This document shows positions 19,061-27,842 of a stretch of 64,000 nucleotides of DNA, in pieces. The position numbers were made by a program, and so were the translations under genes. Numbering within the stretch: position 1 is the stretch's first letter; each line of letters opens with the position of its first letter. The notes below the pieces were generated by a model. That model made no database searches. It saw nothing but the letters and a program-made list of their open reading frames with translations, and was not told where the DNA came from. Origin of the DNA: Dehalococcoidia bacterium (GTDB taxonomy: Bacteria; Chloroflexota; Dehalococcoidia; UBA2979); the NCBI GenBank assembly GCA_965247895.1, contig OZ252046.1:3005282-3069281 (forward strand). Reading direction: 5' to 3'.

Positions 19061-19498
19061 GTGATGCGCGTACGTCTGGCGGTCCTGGCAGTGGCGGGGT
19101 TGGTCGCGGTGCTGGGCGTGACGGCGATCACCTCCTCCGGTACGGGCCACGAGACCGAGGTGCGCATCACGGCCGCGCTGGCTGTTGACGGGCGCATCGA
19201 GTTCGCGCTGCAGCAGCGCGAGGCGGACGATGGCTGGAGCGAGCGGCTGCTGCCGCGGGCGCGGTTCTTCCCGGCCACGATTGCGGCCGGGCGCTGGCTG
19301 GTGAGCACGCCGCTCACGGTGCGCGCGCCGGGCGCCGGCGATGATGCCGAGGGCGCGGAGGTGCGCATCACGGCGCAGCGGCTCGCCGACGGGCGGACCG
19401 AGTTCGCGTTGCAGGAGCGGGAGGCGGACGGCGAGTGGGGTGAGCGGCTGCTGACGCGGGCGCGGTTCTTCCCTGCCACGGTCACGGTCGGGCGCTGA
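19061..19498 (+). CDS. Fragment 1: signal peptide plus two ~55-aa repeats of an unrecognised module
   Basis: It starts MMRVRLAVLAVAGLVAVLGV. It contains EVRITA..DGR.EFALQ.READ..W.ERLL.RARFFPAT twice. The premature TGA is created at the deletion point. Confidence 0.7.
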   Translation: MMRVRLAVLAVAGLVAVLGVTAITSSGTGHETEVRITAALAVDGRIEFALQQREADDGWSERLLPRARFFPATIAAGRWLVSTPLTVRAPGAGDDAEGAEVRITAQRLADGRTEFALQEREADGEWGERLLTRARFFPATVTVGR

Positions 19499-19506
19499 GC
19501 ACGCCG

Positions 19507-21408
19507 TTGACGGTGAGTCTGCCGGAACCGGAGGCATCGCCGGACACGACGCCAACGCCAACGCCAACCTCCCGAGATGAATTCAATAGTCATACGCCAG
19601 CGGGCTATACAGGCGTCGATCTGCGTGACAGCGGTAGGGTATGGGGACGTCCCGAGAGGTTCACTAGCGACTCCAGCGACGGGACAGTAGCTTACATGCT
19701 GTTGGGAACGCTTGCAGGTTGCAATTTCGCTGATGCAGAGGCTGACCGTTCCAGCAAAGTGTACATTAAGACACAGTCATTGGGACGCTTGACAGGGTAT
19801 GAGTCTGTGAGTGTGTGCCGCCTTACCAGCAGCAGCTGGAGCTCCTGGAGTGGAGTAAGGGTGACGCACCTGCGCTTCTTTGACGAGAGCAGCCCCAGCA
19901 ATGTCAGAGAGTATGTCTATGACGACGCAACAGGCAGCTATGTCGAGACAACTCCCTCCACAACTGACCCCACGCCCGTACCCACGCCTACTTCAACCAC
20001 CACTCCACCGCCAGAGCCGACTGCAACGGCCACACCGACGCCTACGCCTACCTCGACCGCAACTTCATCGTCAGCGCGTGACCGCGATGGTGACGGTCTC
20101 ATTGAAGTAGACAACCTGACGCAGCTTGATGCTATTCGGTGGGACCTGGACGGCGACGGCATGTCTGACAATGCCGACTATGCGGCCGCTTTCTCCGATG
20201 CCGGCACCGGCACGCTGTGCTCTGTCGCAAGTTGTGCCGGGTATGAGTTGACAGCCAATCTGGATTTTGACACCAACGGGAACGGTGAAGCGGACGAGAG
20301 CGATGTCTATTGGAACAGCGGCCGCGGGTGGATTCCTATAGGTGAAAGCAGCGCCTTTGATTCCACCTTTGAAGGCGGAGGCCACACAATCTCCAATCTG
20401 CATATTCGCAGGTCGCCCACTGTCGGTCTGTTCGGAGTTCTTGGTTCCGGCAGCACCGTCTCAGGTATTGGATTGGTGGACGCTAGCGTGGGGGCTTCCG
20501 GGTACGGAGCTGCCGGTGCGCTGGCTGGAATTGGCCACGGCGTCATTGAGGACAGCTTTGCTGATGGTCTCGTTGCCGGTTGCGTTGACAACATCGGCGG
20601 ACTGGTTGGCGTCAATCACGGTAGCATCGCGAACAGTCACTCCGCCGTCGATGTAATTAACGCCGGTAAATCCCACAGGGCTGCATTCGTAGTGATCACC
20701 GATTTGTTCAGCGACCTGATTGACATTCCCCTGTTCATCTCCAGCCGTCTTGCCTGCTCTGGCAGTGTTGGTGGCCTGGTTGGGGACAACGAAGGAACGA
20801 TAGCTAGCAGTCACTCCACCAGCGTCGTGTCCGGACTCACGGACAACTTCGGTGGTCTGGTCGGCGAGAACTCCGGCACTATCACCGACTCTTACGCTAC
20901 GGGCAGCGTGTCCGGCAAGGGCTTTGCCGACCTTGGTGGGCTGGTGGGTGAAAACGAGACCGAAGGCAAGATCATCTCTAGCTACGCTACCGGCGGCGTG
21001 TCGGGGCAAGGTGACAACTTCGGTGGTCTGGCCGGCGTGAACTCCGGCGCTATCACCGACAGCTACGCTACGGGCAACGTGTCCGGCAGCGGCTTTGCTG
21101 ACGTTGGCGGCCTTGTTGGGGACAATCGCAACACTGGTGTTATCACTGCCGCCTACGCTGAGGGGTCAGTGTCCGGCAGCGCCGACCGTTACGGCGGTCT
21201 GATTGGATCGAACCAGGGTGTCGTAACAGTCTGCTTCTCCACAGGCGAAGTGCCTCGAAATGGAGGAGGACTGATTGACTCGAACGGCAACAATGGTACC
21301 GTAACCAACTGCTACTGGGATACGGAGACTTCCGGCCAAGCCAATAGTGATGGAGGTACAGGCAAGACCACCCTGACCGGACCCCCTTCGCGAGACCACC
21401 GCCTATGA
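19507..21408 (+). CDS. Fragment 2: PT linkers, a calcium-binding-like DxDGDG segment and GLUG-motif repeats. Native sequence ends at 21373.
   Basis: It contains DRDGDGLIEVDNLTQLDAIRWDLDGDG and repeated GGLVG.N.G.I..SYATG.VSG (GLUG-like). The last 11 codons are read from the IS3 terminus. There is no signal peptide at the TTG start. Confidence 0.7.
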   Translation: MTVSLPEPEASPDTTPTPTPTSRDEFNSHTPAGYTGVDLRDSGRVWGRPERFTSDSSDGTVAYMLLGTLAGCNFADAEADRSSKVYIKTQSLGRLTGYESVSVCRLTSSSWSSWSGVRVTHLRFFDESSPSNVREYVYDDATGSYVETTPSTTDPTPVPTPTSTTTPPPEPTATATPTPTPTSTATSSSARDRDGDGLIEVDNLTQLDAIRWDLDGDGMSDNADYAAAFSDAGTGTLCSVASCAGYELTANLDFDTNGNGEADESDVYWNSGRGWIPIGESSAFDSTFEGGGHTISNLHIRRSPTVGLFGVLGSGSTVSGIGLVDASVGASGYGAAGALAGIGHGVIEDSFADGLVAGCVDNIGGLVGVNHGSIANSHSAVDVINAGKSHRAAFVVITDLFSDLIDIPLFISSRLACSGSVGGLVGDNEGTIASSHSTSVVSGLTDNFGGLVGENSGTITDSYATGSVSGKGFADLGGLVGENETEGKIISSYATGGVSGQGDNFGGLAGVNSGAITDSYATGNVSGSGFADVGGLVGDNRNTGVITAAYAEGSVSGSADRYGGLIGSNQGVVTVCFSTGEVPRNGGGLIDSNGNNGTVTNCYWDTETSGQANSDGGTGKTTLTGPPSRDHRL

Positions 21409-22227
21409 GAGTCCAGCGTGTTGCTGAGCCTCCCAGCGCTCGGCGTAGGCAGCTGGGGCAAGCCAGCCCAGGCTGCTATGCGGGCGCTTCGTGTTGTACT
21501 CGATCCTCCAGTCCTCGATCAGCACCTGCGCTTCGAGCAGGCTGTCGAACTGCTCGACCGCCAGGAACTCGTCGCGCAGCCGGCCGTTGAACGACTCCAC
21601 GTACGGGTTCTCCCACGGCGCGCCGGGCTCGATGTAGCTGCTGCCGGTGCCGCTGAACCGGCACCAGTCGCGCAAGGCGTTGGCCGTGAGCTCGGGCCCG
21701 TTGTCACAGCGGATGTAGCCGGGCGCTGTCCCGCGCCAGGCGACGATCCCCTCGAGCGTGGCGGCGGTGGCGTCGGCGTTGATGCGCCTGGCGGCCACCA
21801 CCGCCAGCGCCTCCCGCGTGTGTTCGTCGACGATGTTGAGCAGCTTCAGGACCCGCCCGTCCGCGGTCTGGTCGAACTGGAAGTCCAGCGCCCAGACGTG
21901 GTTCGGCCGCTCGGCACGCAGCCGCCTGGCGGGCTGCGCCGAGTCCCCCAGGCGCTGACGCTTGCGTCGCTTCAGCGGGACGCGCAGCCCCTCCTCGCGC
22001 CAGAGCCGTTGCACCCGCTTGCGATTCACGCCCCAGCCCTCCTCGCGCAAGGTCGCCCAGGCCCGGCGGTAGCCCCAGCGGGGGTGGCCACGCGAGAAGG
22101 CGTGTAGTTCCGTCCTGAGCGCCTCGTCGCCGCGGCCGCGCGCCGGGAGGCGGCGCTGCGTGGAGCGGTGCTGGCCGGTGACCCGGCATGCCCGCCGTTC
22201 CGACAACTCGAGGCGGTCCTGCAGCAT
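21403..22227 (-). CDS. IS3 transposase orfB (DDE integrase domain), expressed as an OrfAB fusion by -1 frameshifting
   Basis: It contains HVWALDFQF...CDNGPELT...PWENPYVESFNGRLRDE. The frame stays open upstream to the slippery site at 22263-22269. Confidence 0.9.
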   Translation of the reverse strand: MLQDRLELSERRACRVTGQHRSTQRRLPARGRGDEALRTELHAFSRGHPRWGYRRAWATLREEGWGVNRKRVQRLWREEGLRVPLKRRKRQRLGDSAQPARRLRAERPNHVWALDFQFDQTADGRVLKLLNIVDEHTREALAVVAARRINADATAATLEGIVAWRGTAPGYIRCDNGPELTANALRDWCRFSGTGSSYIEPGAPWENPYVESFNGRLRDEFLAVEQFDSLLEAQVLIEDWRIEYNTKRPHSSLGWLAPAAYAERWEAQQHAGLS

Positions 22228-22256
22228 GCAGACCGCCTCGCGCCGGCGCGACGGGC

Positions 22257-22535
22257 TTACCAGTTTCCCTTCGCGATCTCCTTGAGCGCGTCGATCTCGA
22301 GTTCCTTGTCGGCGACGATCCGCTTCAGCCGCGCGTTCTCGCGCTCCAGCTCGCGCAGCCGTTTGGCGTCGTCGGCCTTCATCCCGCCGTACTGGTTGCG
22401 CCAGCGGTGGTAGGTCTGCTCCGAGATCTCGACCTGCTTCGCCGCCTCGGCGATCGTCTGCCCTTCGCCGAGCAGCCGCTCCACCTCGCGCAGCTTGCGC
22501 ACGATCTGCTCAGGCGTGTGCCTGCGTCGTTTCAC
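22257..22535 (-). CDS. IS3 transposase orfA (HTH)
   Basis: MKRRRHTPEQIVRKLREVERLL...YHRWRNQYGGM...LERENARLKRIVADKELE. Confidence 0.9.
   Translation of the reverse strand: MKRRRHTPEQIVRKLREVERLLGEGQTIAEAAKQVEISEQTYHRWRNQYGGMKADDAKRLRELERENARLKRIVADKELEIDALKEIAKGNW
22263..22269 (-). promoter_or_regulatory. Programmed -1 ribosomal frameshift heptamer G GGA AAC
   Basis: This is an X XXY YYZ heptamer in the orfA zero frame, 2 codons before the orfA stop. The orfB frame is -1 relative to orfA. Confidence 0.75.
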
Positions 22536-22613
22536 CGTGATGTCCTCCTCCGCCCACCTTCGCGGGCCAAAGGACTCTCATCAACGGCGGTCCCGTTTCA
22601 AGGGGTCAGGTCA

Positions 22614-23963
22614 ACCCAGGAGTTGCAATCGCCTGCCGGCTACACGGGCATTTACGCCGCCTGGAACGTCGACCTGGACGGGGACGGAACAGTGGACGAC
22701 CCGTGGGGGTTTGGGACACCAACCCAATATCCCACGCTCAAAGGCGGAGGTTCCGCGCCTGACCCCGACCTGGTGCTAGACACGCTCACGTTAAGCGGCC
22801 CGCCTGCGGGAGTGTCCTTCACCCTGAGCGCCAGGGTGCGCAACCAGGGCACCGTGGCGTCCGGCACCACCACCCTGCGCTACTACCGCTCCACCGATTC
22901 GAAGATCACGACGTCCGACACACAGGTGGGCACGGACTCCGTGAGCGGCCTGGCCGCGTTCGGCGCCAGCGCCCAGTCGATCGGTGCGACCGTGACCGCT
23001 CCTGATATTCCCGGCACGCACTACTACTACGGCGGGTGCGTGGACGCAGACTCCGATGAGACCATCACGACCAACAACTGCTCATCTTCCGTGAAAATAA
23101 CCGTTGGCGAGGTACCCGGCAATCCGCCCAACCAGCGCTATTCACGGCAGGACGCGACAACAGTCTTCACTTGGGACCCGTCGGCAGTGGCTACCCACTA
23201 CAAGATCTACTACTACTCTCGCACGAGCTGCCCCGGCTTCTGCGAACTGCTGGCCGAGAACGTCACCGGCACAACCTACACTCACGCCGGCCCGGACAGG
23301 GGTTATTACTGGGTAGTCGCCTGCAACAGCGCAGGCTGTTCGGACGCCGACAACGACAATCCGGCCCAGTTCGTCGACAACCGTCCGGCTCCGCCGACCA
23401 ACGCTCAGTACGTGCGTGTTGGCTCAACGGCGGTCGTAAGTTGGGGCGCCTCGCCAGGGACGGATTACTACAGAGTCTACTACCACAACTTTTTTAGCAG
23501 GAGCTGCTCCTTAAGTTCGGGAAGCCCGAGCTTCTGCGAGCTGCTGGCCGGGAACGTCACCGGCACAACCTACACTCACGCCAGCCCGGACGCGAACAGG
23601 AATTATTACTGGGTAGTCGGCTGCAACAGCGCAGGCTGTTCGGACATAGACAGCGGGAACCCAGCGACACTCGCAACCGAACCGCCGACGGGGACGTCTT
23701 CGACGGAGACGCCGTCAACCTCCACAACCTCCACAAGCGGCGATTGCCAGGTGGGCGTGGTGGTCAGTCCTGGAGAGAGTTGCATCTACCCGGGCACGTC
23801 GACCGAGTTCTCGGTGGACAGCGCCGGAAGCGGACACTTCCTCCTTGTCACAGGGGAGATCTTAATCTCCCTCCAGGACGCGACGGTCAACGGCGTTCCG
23901 TACGACTTCGCGGCCAGCAGGCAAGCCGACGGAACCTGGCTCATCACGGCTATTGGGAGTTGA
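22614..23963 (+). CDS. Fragment 3: CARDB-like domain, two FN3-like modules and a Thr/Ser linker with a C-terminal domain
   Basis: QELQSPAGYTGIYAAWNVDLDGDG continues fragment 2. Then comes LSARVRNQGTVASGTTTLRYYRS (CARDB-like), followed by two ..YYKIYY...TGTTYTH...YYWVVACNSAGCS modules. Confidence 0.7.
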   Translation, partial: TQELQSPAGYTGIYAAWNVDLDGDGTVDDPWGFGTPTQYPTLKGGGSAPDPDLVLDTLTLSGPPAGVSFTLSARVRNQGTVASGTTTLRYYRSTDSKITTSDTQVGTDSVSGLAAFGASAQSIGATVTAPDIPGTHYYYGGCVDADSDETITTNNCSSSVKITVGEVPGNPPNQRYSRQDATTVFTWDPSAVATHYKIYYYSRTSCPGFCELLAENVTGTTYTHAGPDRGYYWVVACNSAGCSDADNDNPAQFVDNRPAPPTNAQYVRVGSTAVVSWGASPGTDYYRVYYHNFFSRSCSLSSGSPSFCELLAGNVTGTTYTHASPDANRNYYWVVGCNSAGCSDIDSGNPATLATEPPTGTSSTETPSTSTTSTSGDCQVGVVVSPGESCIYPGTSTEFSVDSAGSGHFLLVTGEILISLQDATVNGVPYDFAASRQADGTWLITAIGS

Positions 23964-24012
23964 GCTAGTTCCCAGGGAGTTGGTGCTGCACGAGGGGCCC
24001 GGCTGTGCGGCC

Positions 24013-24894
24013 CTATCGGCCGGAAGCCGGGCCGGACCCGGAATAGCCCTCCGGCGCGTCCAGGCGTGCGCTCGGGTTCGTACGCGTCAGGAGGCGCTCC
24101 GCGCGCTGCCGCACCCAGGGCTCGATGTCGTCGTGCGTGAGGATCCAGAAGCGCTGCTCGCGGATCGCCTCGACGACCCGCGCGGCGACCTCGGCGGGCG
24201 GCATCCCGCTGCTCTCCATCGCCGCGCGCGTGCGCGCCCGGCCCGAGCCCTCGCGAAGCGGCTCCGGATTGCGCAGCGCCTCGGGCCGGTTGCGCTGGGC
24301 GTCGAGGATGTTCGTGCGCACGAGGCCGGGACAGAGCACCGAGGCGCGCAGCGGCGCGCCGCGCTGCTCCAGCTCCAGTTGCAGCGACTCGGTCAGCGCC
24401 AGCACCGCCGCCTTGCTCACGCCGTAGACGGCGTTGAAGGGCGTCGCGACCAGCCCCGCGACCGAGGAGGTGTTGACGACGTGGCCCTCCTCGCCACCGT
24501 CGAGCATCCTCGGCACGAACGCGCGCACGCCGTGAATTACGCCGTGGAGATTCACGCCGAGGATCCATTGCCAGTCCGCGAGCGAGGCGTCCTGGACGCC
24601 GCCCCGGTACCCGCCTACCCCTGCGTTGTTGCAGAGCACGTGCACCGCGCCGAACGCCTCGAACGCGCGCTCGGCGAGCGCGTCCACGCTCTCCGCGTTG
24701 GAGACATCGGTCTCGACGGCGAGCACCTCCGCGCCCGTGTCGCGCAGCTCGGCGGCGACCGCCTCGAGGGCGTCGCGCTCGACGTCGGCGAGGACGACGC
24801 GCATGCGCTCCTCGGCGAAGCGCCGCGCCAGCCCGCGCCCGATCCCGCTCGCCGCGCCGGTGACGACCGCCACGCGGCCCTCGAACTGCTGCAT
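24013..24894 (-). CDS. SDR family oxidoreductase (paralog 2)
   Basis: ATG at 24894 (MQQFEGRVAVVTGAASGIG...). It has NNAG and YGVSKAA. The track ORF extends upstream spuriously. Confidence 0.9.
   Translation of the reverse strand: MQQFEGRVAVVTGAASGIGRGLARRFAEERMRVVLADVERDALEAVAAELRDTGAEVLAVETDVSNAESVDALAERAFEAFGAVHVLCNNAGVGGYRGGVQDASLADWQWILGVNLHGVIHGVRAFVPRMLDGGEEGHVVNTSSVAGLVATPFNAVYGVSKAAVLALTESLQLELEQRGAPLRASVLCPGLVRTNILDAQRNRPEALRNPEPLREGSGRARTRAAMESSGMPPAEVAARVVEAIREQRFWILTHDDIEPWVRQRAERLLTRTNPSARLDAPEGYSGSGPASGR
24031..24162. repeat. Direct-repeat partner of 18861..18985 (3' end of SDR paralog 2)
   Basis: See the pseudogene at 18858..18985. Confidence 0.8.
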
Positions 24895-24920
24895 CGTGTG
24901 TCCTTCCGCGGGGCCTGCTG

Positions 24921-25658
24921 CTACGAGCCGCCCGACGCCTCGCCGGGCGGGGAGCGGAGGATGCGCTCCGTGTAGTAGCCGCCGCTCGCGCGCTCCAGCG
25001 ACATGAACTTCGGGATGTCCTCGTAGATCGCCTGCCGCCCTTCCTCGGAGTCGTAGCGCTCCTCGCGGAAGGCCTCCCGCGAGCTGAAGTGCAGCTCGAC
25101 GATGCCGAAGACGTTCGGGTCGCCGCCGGCGCCCGCCAGCGGCGCGTGCACGACGTTCTGCACGTAGTTCTGCATGCCGACGTGGATGCTGACCGCGAGT
25201 GGCGTGTGCACCTCGCGCCAGTGGCGCGCGCACTGCTCGTGGGTGCGCCCCGGCGCGGGCCGCATCAGCGTCATCATCTTCACGCCCGGCGAGAGTTCGC
25301 CGTCCACCCAGTCGCGCTCGTATCGCTTCGGGTGGTGCTCCGAGACCGTCCAGCCCTCGATGCGCGCGACTTCCTCGGCGCTTGCGAGGGCGTCCACTAC
25401 GCCCGCCAGCGTCCCGTCCTCGGCCCACGCGTCCTCGGCCCAGACGGCGACGAGCGCGTCCGCCATCGGGCCCTCCGCGCCGCCGCGGTCCCAGTGGTCG
25501 CCGCTGTAGAGGTCGGCGAGGTTAATGGCGATGCCGAGTGGCTGGGGAATCGCGCCGCTGTCGATCGCCGCCTCGGCGCAGCGGTCGAGCAGCTCCCACT
25601 GGAAGTCCTTTGGTTCGGAGTCGCGCTCGGCCCAGACCGCGAGTATCGCCTTGATCAC
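24921..25658 (-). CDS. EthD-domain protein (probably two EthD-like halves)
   Basis: It contains VKMMTLMRPAPGRTHEQCARHWREVHTPL. I chose the GTG at 25658, which is preceded by GGAGAGGAG. Confidence 0.7.
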   Translation of the reverse strand: MIKAILAVWAERDSEPKDFQWELLDRCAEAAIDSGAIPQPLGIAINLADLYSGDHWDRGGAEGPMADALVAVWAEDAWAEDGTLAGVVDALASAEEVARIEGWTVSEHHPKRYERDWVDGELSPGVKMMTLMRPAPGRTHEQCARHWREVHTPLAVSIHVGMQNYVQNVVHAPLAGAGGDPNVFGIVELHFSSREAFREERYDSEEGRQAIYEDIPKFMSLERASGGYYTERILRSPPGEASGGS

Positions 25659-25765
25659 CGCATTGGCTCCTCTCCCGCCCCTGCGCAGTCGCACGCTACC
25701 ATGCGCGCGCGGGCGTGGAACGGCATGCGCGATGCGCGCCGGACCGGTCCGCATGGGAGGCTGCA

Positions 25766-27055
25766 ATGCGTGCCGGAGCGCTCGACGGGATACGGGTGCT
25801 GGAGTTCTCGGTGGTGGTCGCCGGGCCGGTCTGCGGCGTGATCCTCAGCGACCTCGGGGCGGACGTGGTGAAGGTGGAGCCGCCGGGCGGCGAGCCGCAT
25901 CGCCGCAACCGCGCGGTCGTGCCGAACGAAGGCAAGCTCTTCCAGACCTTCAACCGAGGCAAGCGCAGCCTCGTCGTCGACCTCGGGAGCGACGAGGGGC
26001 GCGCGCTGATCCACCGGCTCGTGCCGCAGACGGACGTGGTGGTCGTGAACTACCGGCTCGGGGTTTCGAAGCGGCTGGGGATCGACTACGAGACGCTGCG
26101 GGCGATCCGGCCGGACCTGATCTACGTGGAGAGCACGGGCTTCGGGACGCGCGGGCGGCTGGCGGAGTTCCCCGCCTCGGACATCGTCGCGCAGGCCTAC
26201 TCGGGGCTGATGGCGGGCGAGGGCAAGGTCGCCGAGGGCGGCGAGCCGCTGGCGCTGACGGCCGGCGCCTGGGCGGACTACATCACCGGCATCGCCAGCG
26301 CGATGGGCGTGGCCACGGCCCTCTACCACCGCGACCGGACCGGCGAGGGCCAGAAGATCTCCGGCTCGCTGCTGCGCTCGGCGATGTTCGCGCAGAGTCA
26401 CATCGCGATGCGCGAGCCGATCTCCGACAGCGTCGTGCGCGACGTGACGATGGCGCAGATCAACGAGGCGCGGGCGCGCGGCGCGGACTACCGCGAGGTG
26501 GTCGGCATCCGCCTGGGCAGCCGCGAGCTGGGGACGCAGTTCGCGCTCTACTACAACGGCTACCGGGCGAAGGACGGCGGCGTGGTCCTCGGTGCGCTCA
26601 CAAAGGCGAACCGCGACGCGATGCGCCGCGTCCTCGGCCTCGAGGGCGAGAACTGCGACGACCCCGACTACGACGCCCTCGACCCCGTGAACCTCGCGGA
26701 GGCCGAGCGCTGGAAGCAGGTGATCCGCGACCGCATCGCCGAGCGCACCGTCGCCGAGTGGGTCGAGGCCTTCGAGGCGGCCGGCACGCCGGTCTCGCCG
26801 GTCAACCTGCCGGAGGAGATGTCCGACGACCCGCAGGTCGTGGACGAGGGCATCATGGTCGAGCTCGAACACGAGATCACGGGCCCGCAGCGCGTCGTCG
26901 GCCCGATCATCGAACTCTCGGAAACGCCGACGCGCGCGCGCAGGGCGTCCCCGCCGGTGGGCCGCCACACGCGCGAGCTGCTGCGCGAGTTCGGCCTCCC
27001 CGAGGACGAGATCGACGCGCTCGCGGCCTCGGGCGTGGTGGCGGAAGACGCGTAG
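25766..27055 (+). CDS. CaiB/BaiF family (class III) CoA-transferase
   Basis: It contains LDGIRVLEFSVVVAGPVCGVILSDLGADVVKVEPP. The ATG follows GGGAGG. Confidence 0.9.
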   Translation: MRAGALDGIRVLEFSVVVAGPVCGVILSDLGADVVKVEPPGGEPHRRNRAVVPNEGKLFQTFNRGKRSLVVDLGSDEGRALIHRLVPQTDVVVVNYRLGVSKRLGIDYETLRAIRPDLIYVESTGFGTRGRLAEFPASDIVAQAYSGLMAGEGKVAEGGEPLALTAGAWADYITGIASAMGVATALYHRDRTGEGQKISGSLLRSAMFAQSHIAMREPISDSVVRDVTMAQINEARARGADYREVVGIRLGSRELGTQFALYYNGYRAKDGGVVLGALTKANRDAMRRVLGLEGENCDDPDYDALDPVNLAEAERWKQVIRDRIAERTVAEWVEAFEAAGTPVSPVNLPEEMSDDPQVVDEGIMVELEHEITGPQRVVGPIIELSETPTRARRASPPVGRHTRELLREFGLPEDEIDALAASGVVAEDA

Positions 27056-27065
27056 GGCCGCTCCG

Positions 27066-27827
27066 ATGGCCTTCGATCCTCAAGCCGCGCCTTCCTACAA
27101 CTTCTCCCTCGGCTACCTCGTGCGCTGGCTGCTGGACGTCGCCGTGCTGCGGCGTCGGCGACGCCTCGAGCCGGACGTGCGCGAGATGCTGCGAGGGATC
27201 GAGCCGCGCCCGCGCGTGAAGGGCATCGAGCACGTGCCGCTCGAGGGGCCCTGCATCGTGGTGATGAACCACTACGAGCGGCCGGGCCTGCGCGTCTGGT
27301 GGTGCGCGGCGCTGGTCAGCGCGGCACTCTCGGTCCGGCGCGGCGGCGAACCGCCGCTGCGCTGGCTGATCACCGACCGCTTCGAGGGCTTCCGCTTCGC
27401 CGGCCTGCCGATGCCCGACCGGCTGATGGCGTGGCTGCTCGGCGAGATCGGCGGCGCCTACGGGCTGCTGCTCGTCTCGCGCCCGGAGGGCGAGGCGCAG
27501 TCCCGCTCGGCGCTGCTGCGCGAGGCGCGCGCGACGCTGCGCGAGGGCGCCGTGCTGGGCATCACGCCGGAAGCGGCGAGCGGGTCCGGGCGGCAGCTCG
27601 CCTCGGCCTGGCCGGGGTCGGGGGCGGCGCTGTCGTGGCTCTCCTCGGGGTCCACGCCGCTCGTGCCGGTTGCGGTGCGCGACGACGAGGACGGCGCGCT
27701 CCTCGCGACCTTCGGCGCGCCGTTCACGCTGGAGCGAGCGAGCGACGAGGAGGGCGCGCAGGCGGTGATGGACGCGCTCGCCGCGCTGCTGCCGCCCGAA
27801 CTGCGAGGCTCTTACGGCGGCGAGTGA
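27066..27827 (+). CDS. Putative lysophospholipid/glycerolipid acyltransferase-like protein (PlsC superfamily, atypical motif)
   Basis: It has VVMNHYERPG where the HX4D box is expected, and a GITPEA motif III-like segment. The functional call is weak. Confidence 0.45.
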   Translation: MAFDPQAAPSYNFSLGYLVRWLLDVAVLRRRRRLEPDVREMLRGIEPRPRVKGIEHVPLEGPCIVVMNHYERPGLRVWWCAALVSAALSVRRGGEPPLRWLITDRFEGFRFAGLPMPDRLMAWLLGEIGGAYGLLLVSRPEGEAQSRSALLREARATLREGAVLGITPEAASGSGRQLASAWPGSGAALSWLSSGSTPLVPVAVRDDEDGALLATFGAPFTLERASDEEGAQAVMDALAALLPPELRGSYGGE

Positions 27828-27842
27828 CCGTGATGCCGTAGC

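Larger units (their letters stand above)
21374..22613 (-). mobile_element. IS3-family insertion sequence (1240 bp, IS407/IS2-like orfA-orfB organisation) with a 4-bp target duplication ACCC
   Basis: The ends are TGACCGGACCCC... and ...GGGGTCAGGTCA (TG...CA termini), with imperfect inverted repeats of about 40 bp that share ATGAGAGTCC. ACCC occurs at 21370-21373 and again at 22614-22617. Confidence 0.9.
19061..23963 (+). pseudogene. Giant secreted adhesin-like gene, disrupted by a 7-bp deletion (19497/19498) and an IS3 insertion (21374..22613)
   Basis: Three collinear ORFs become one frame once the 7 nt are restored and the IS plus one ACCC copy are removed. The restored junction reads GGTGKTT-QELQSPAGYTGIYAAWNVDLDGDG. 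Confidence 0.75.
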
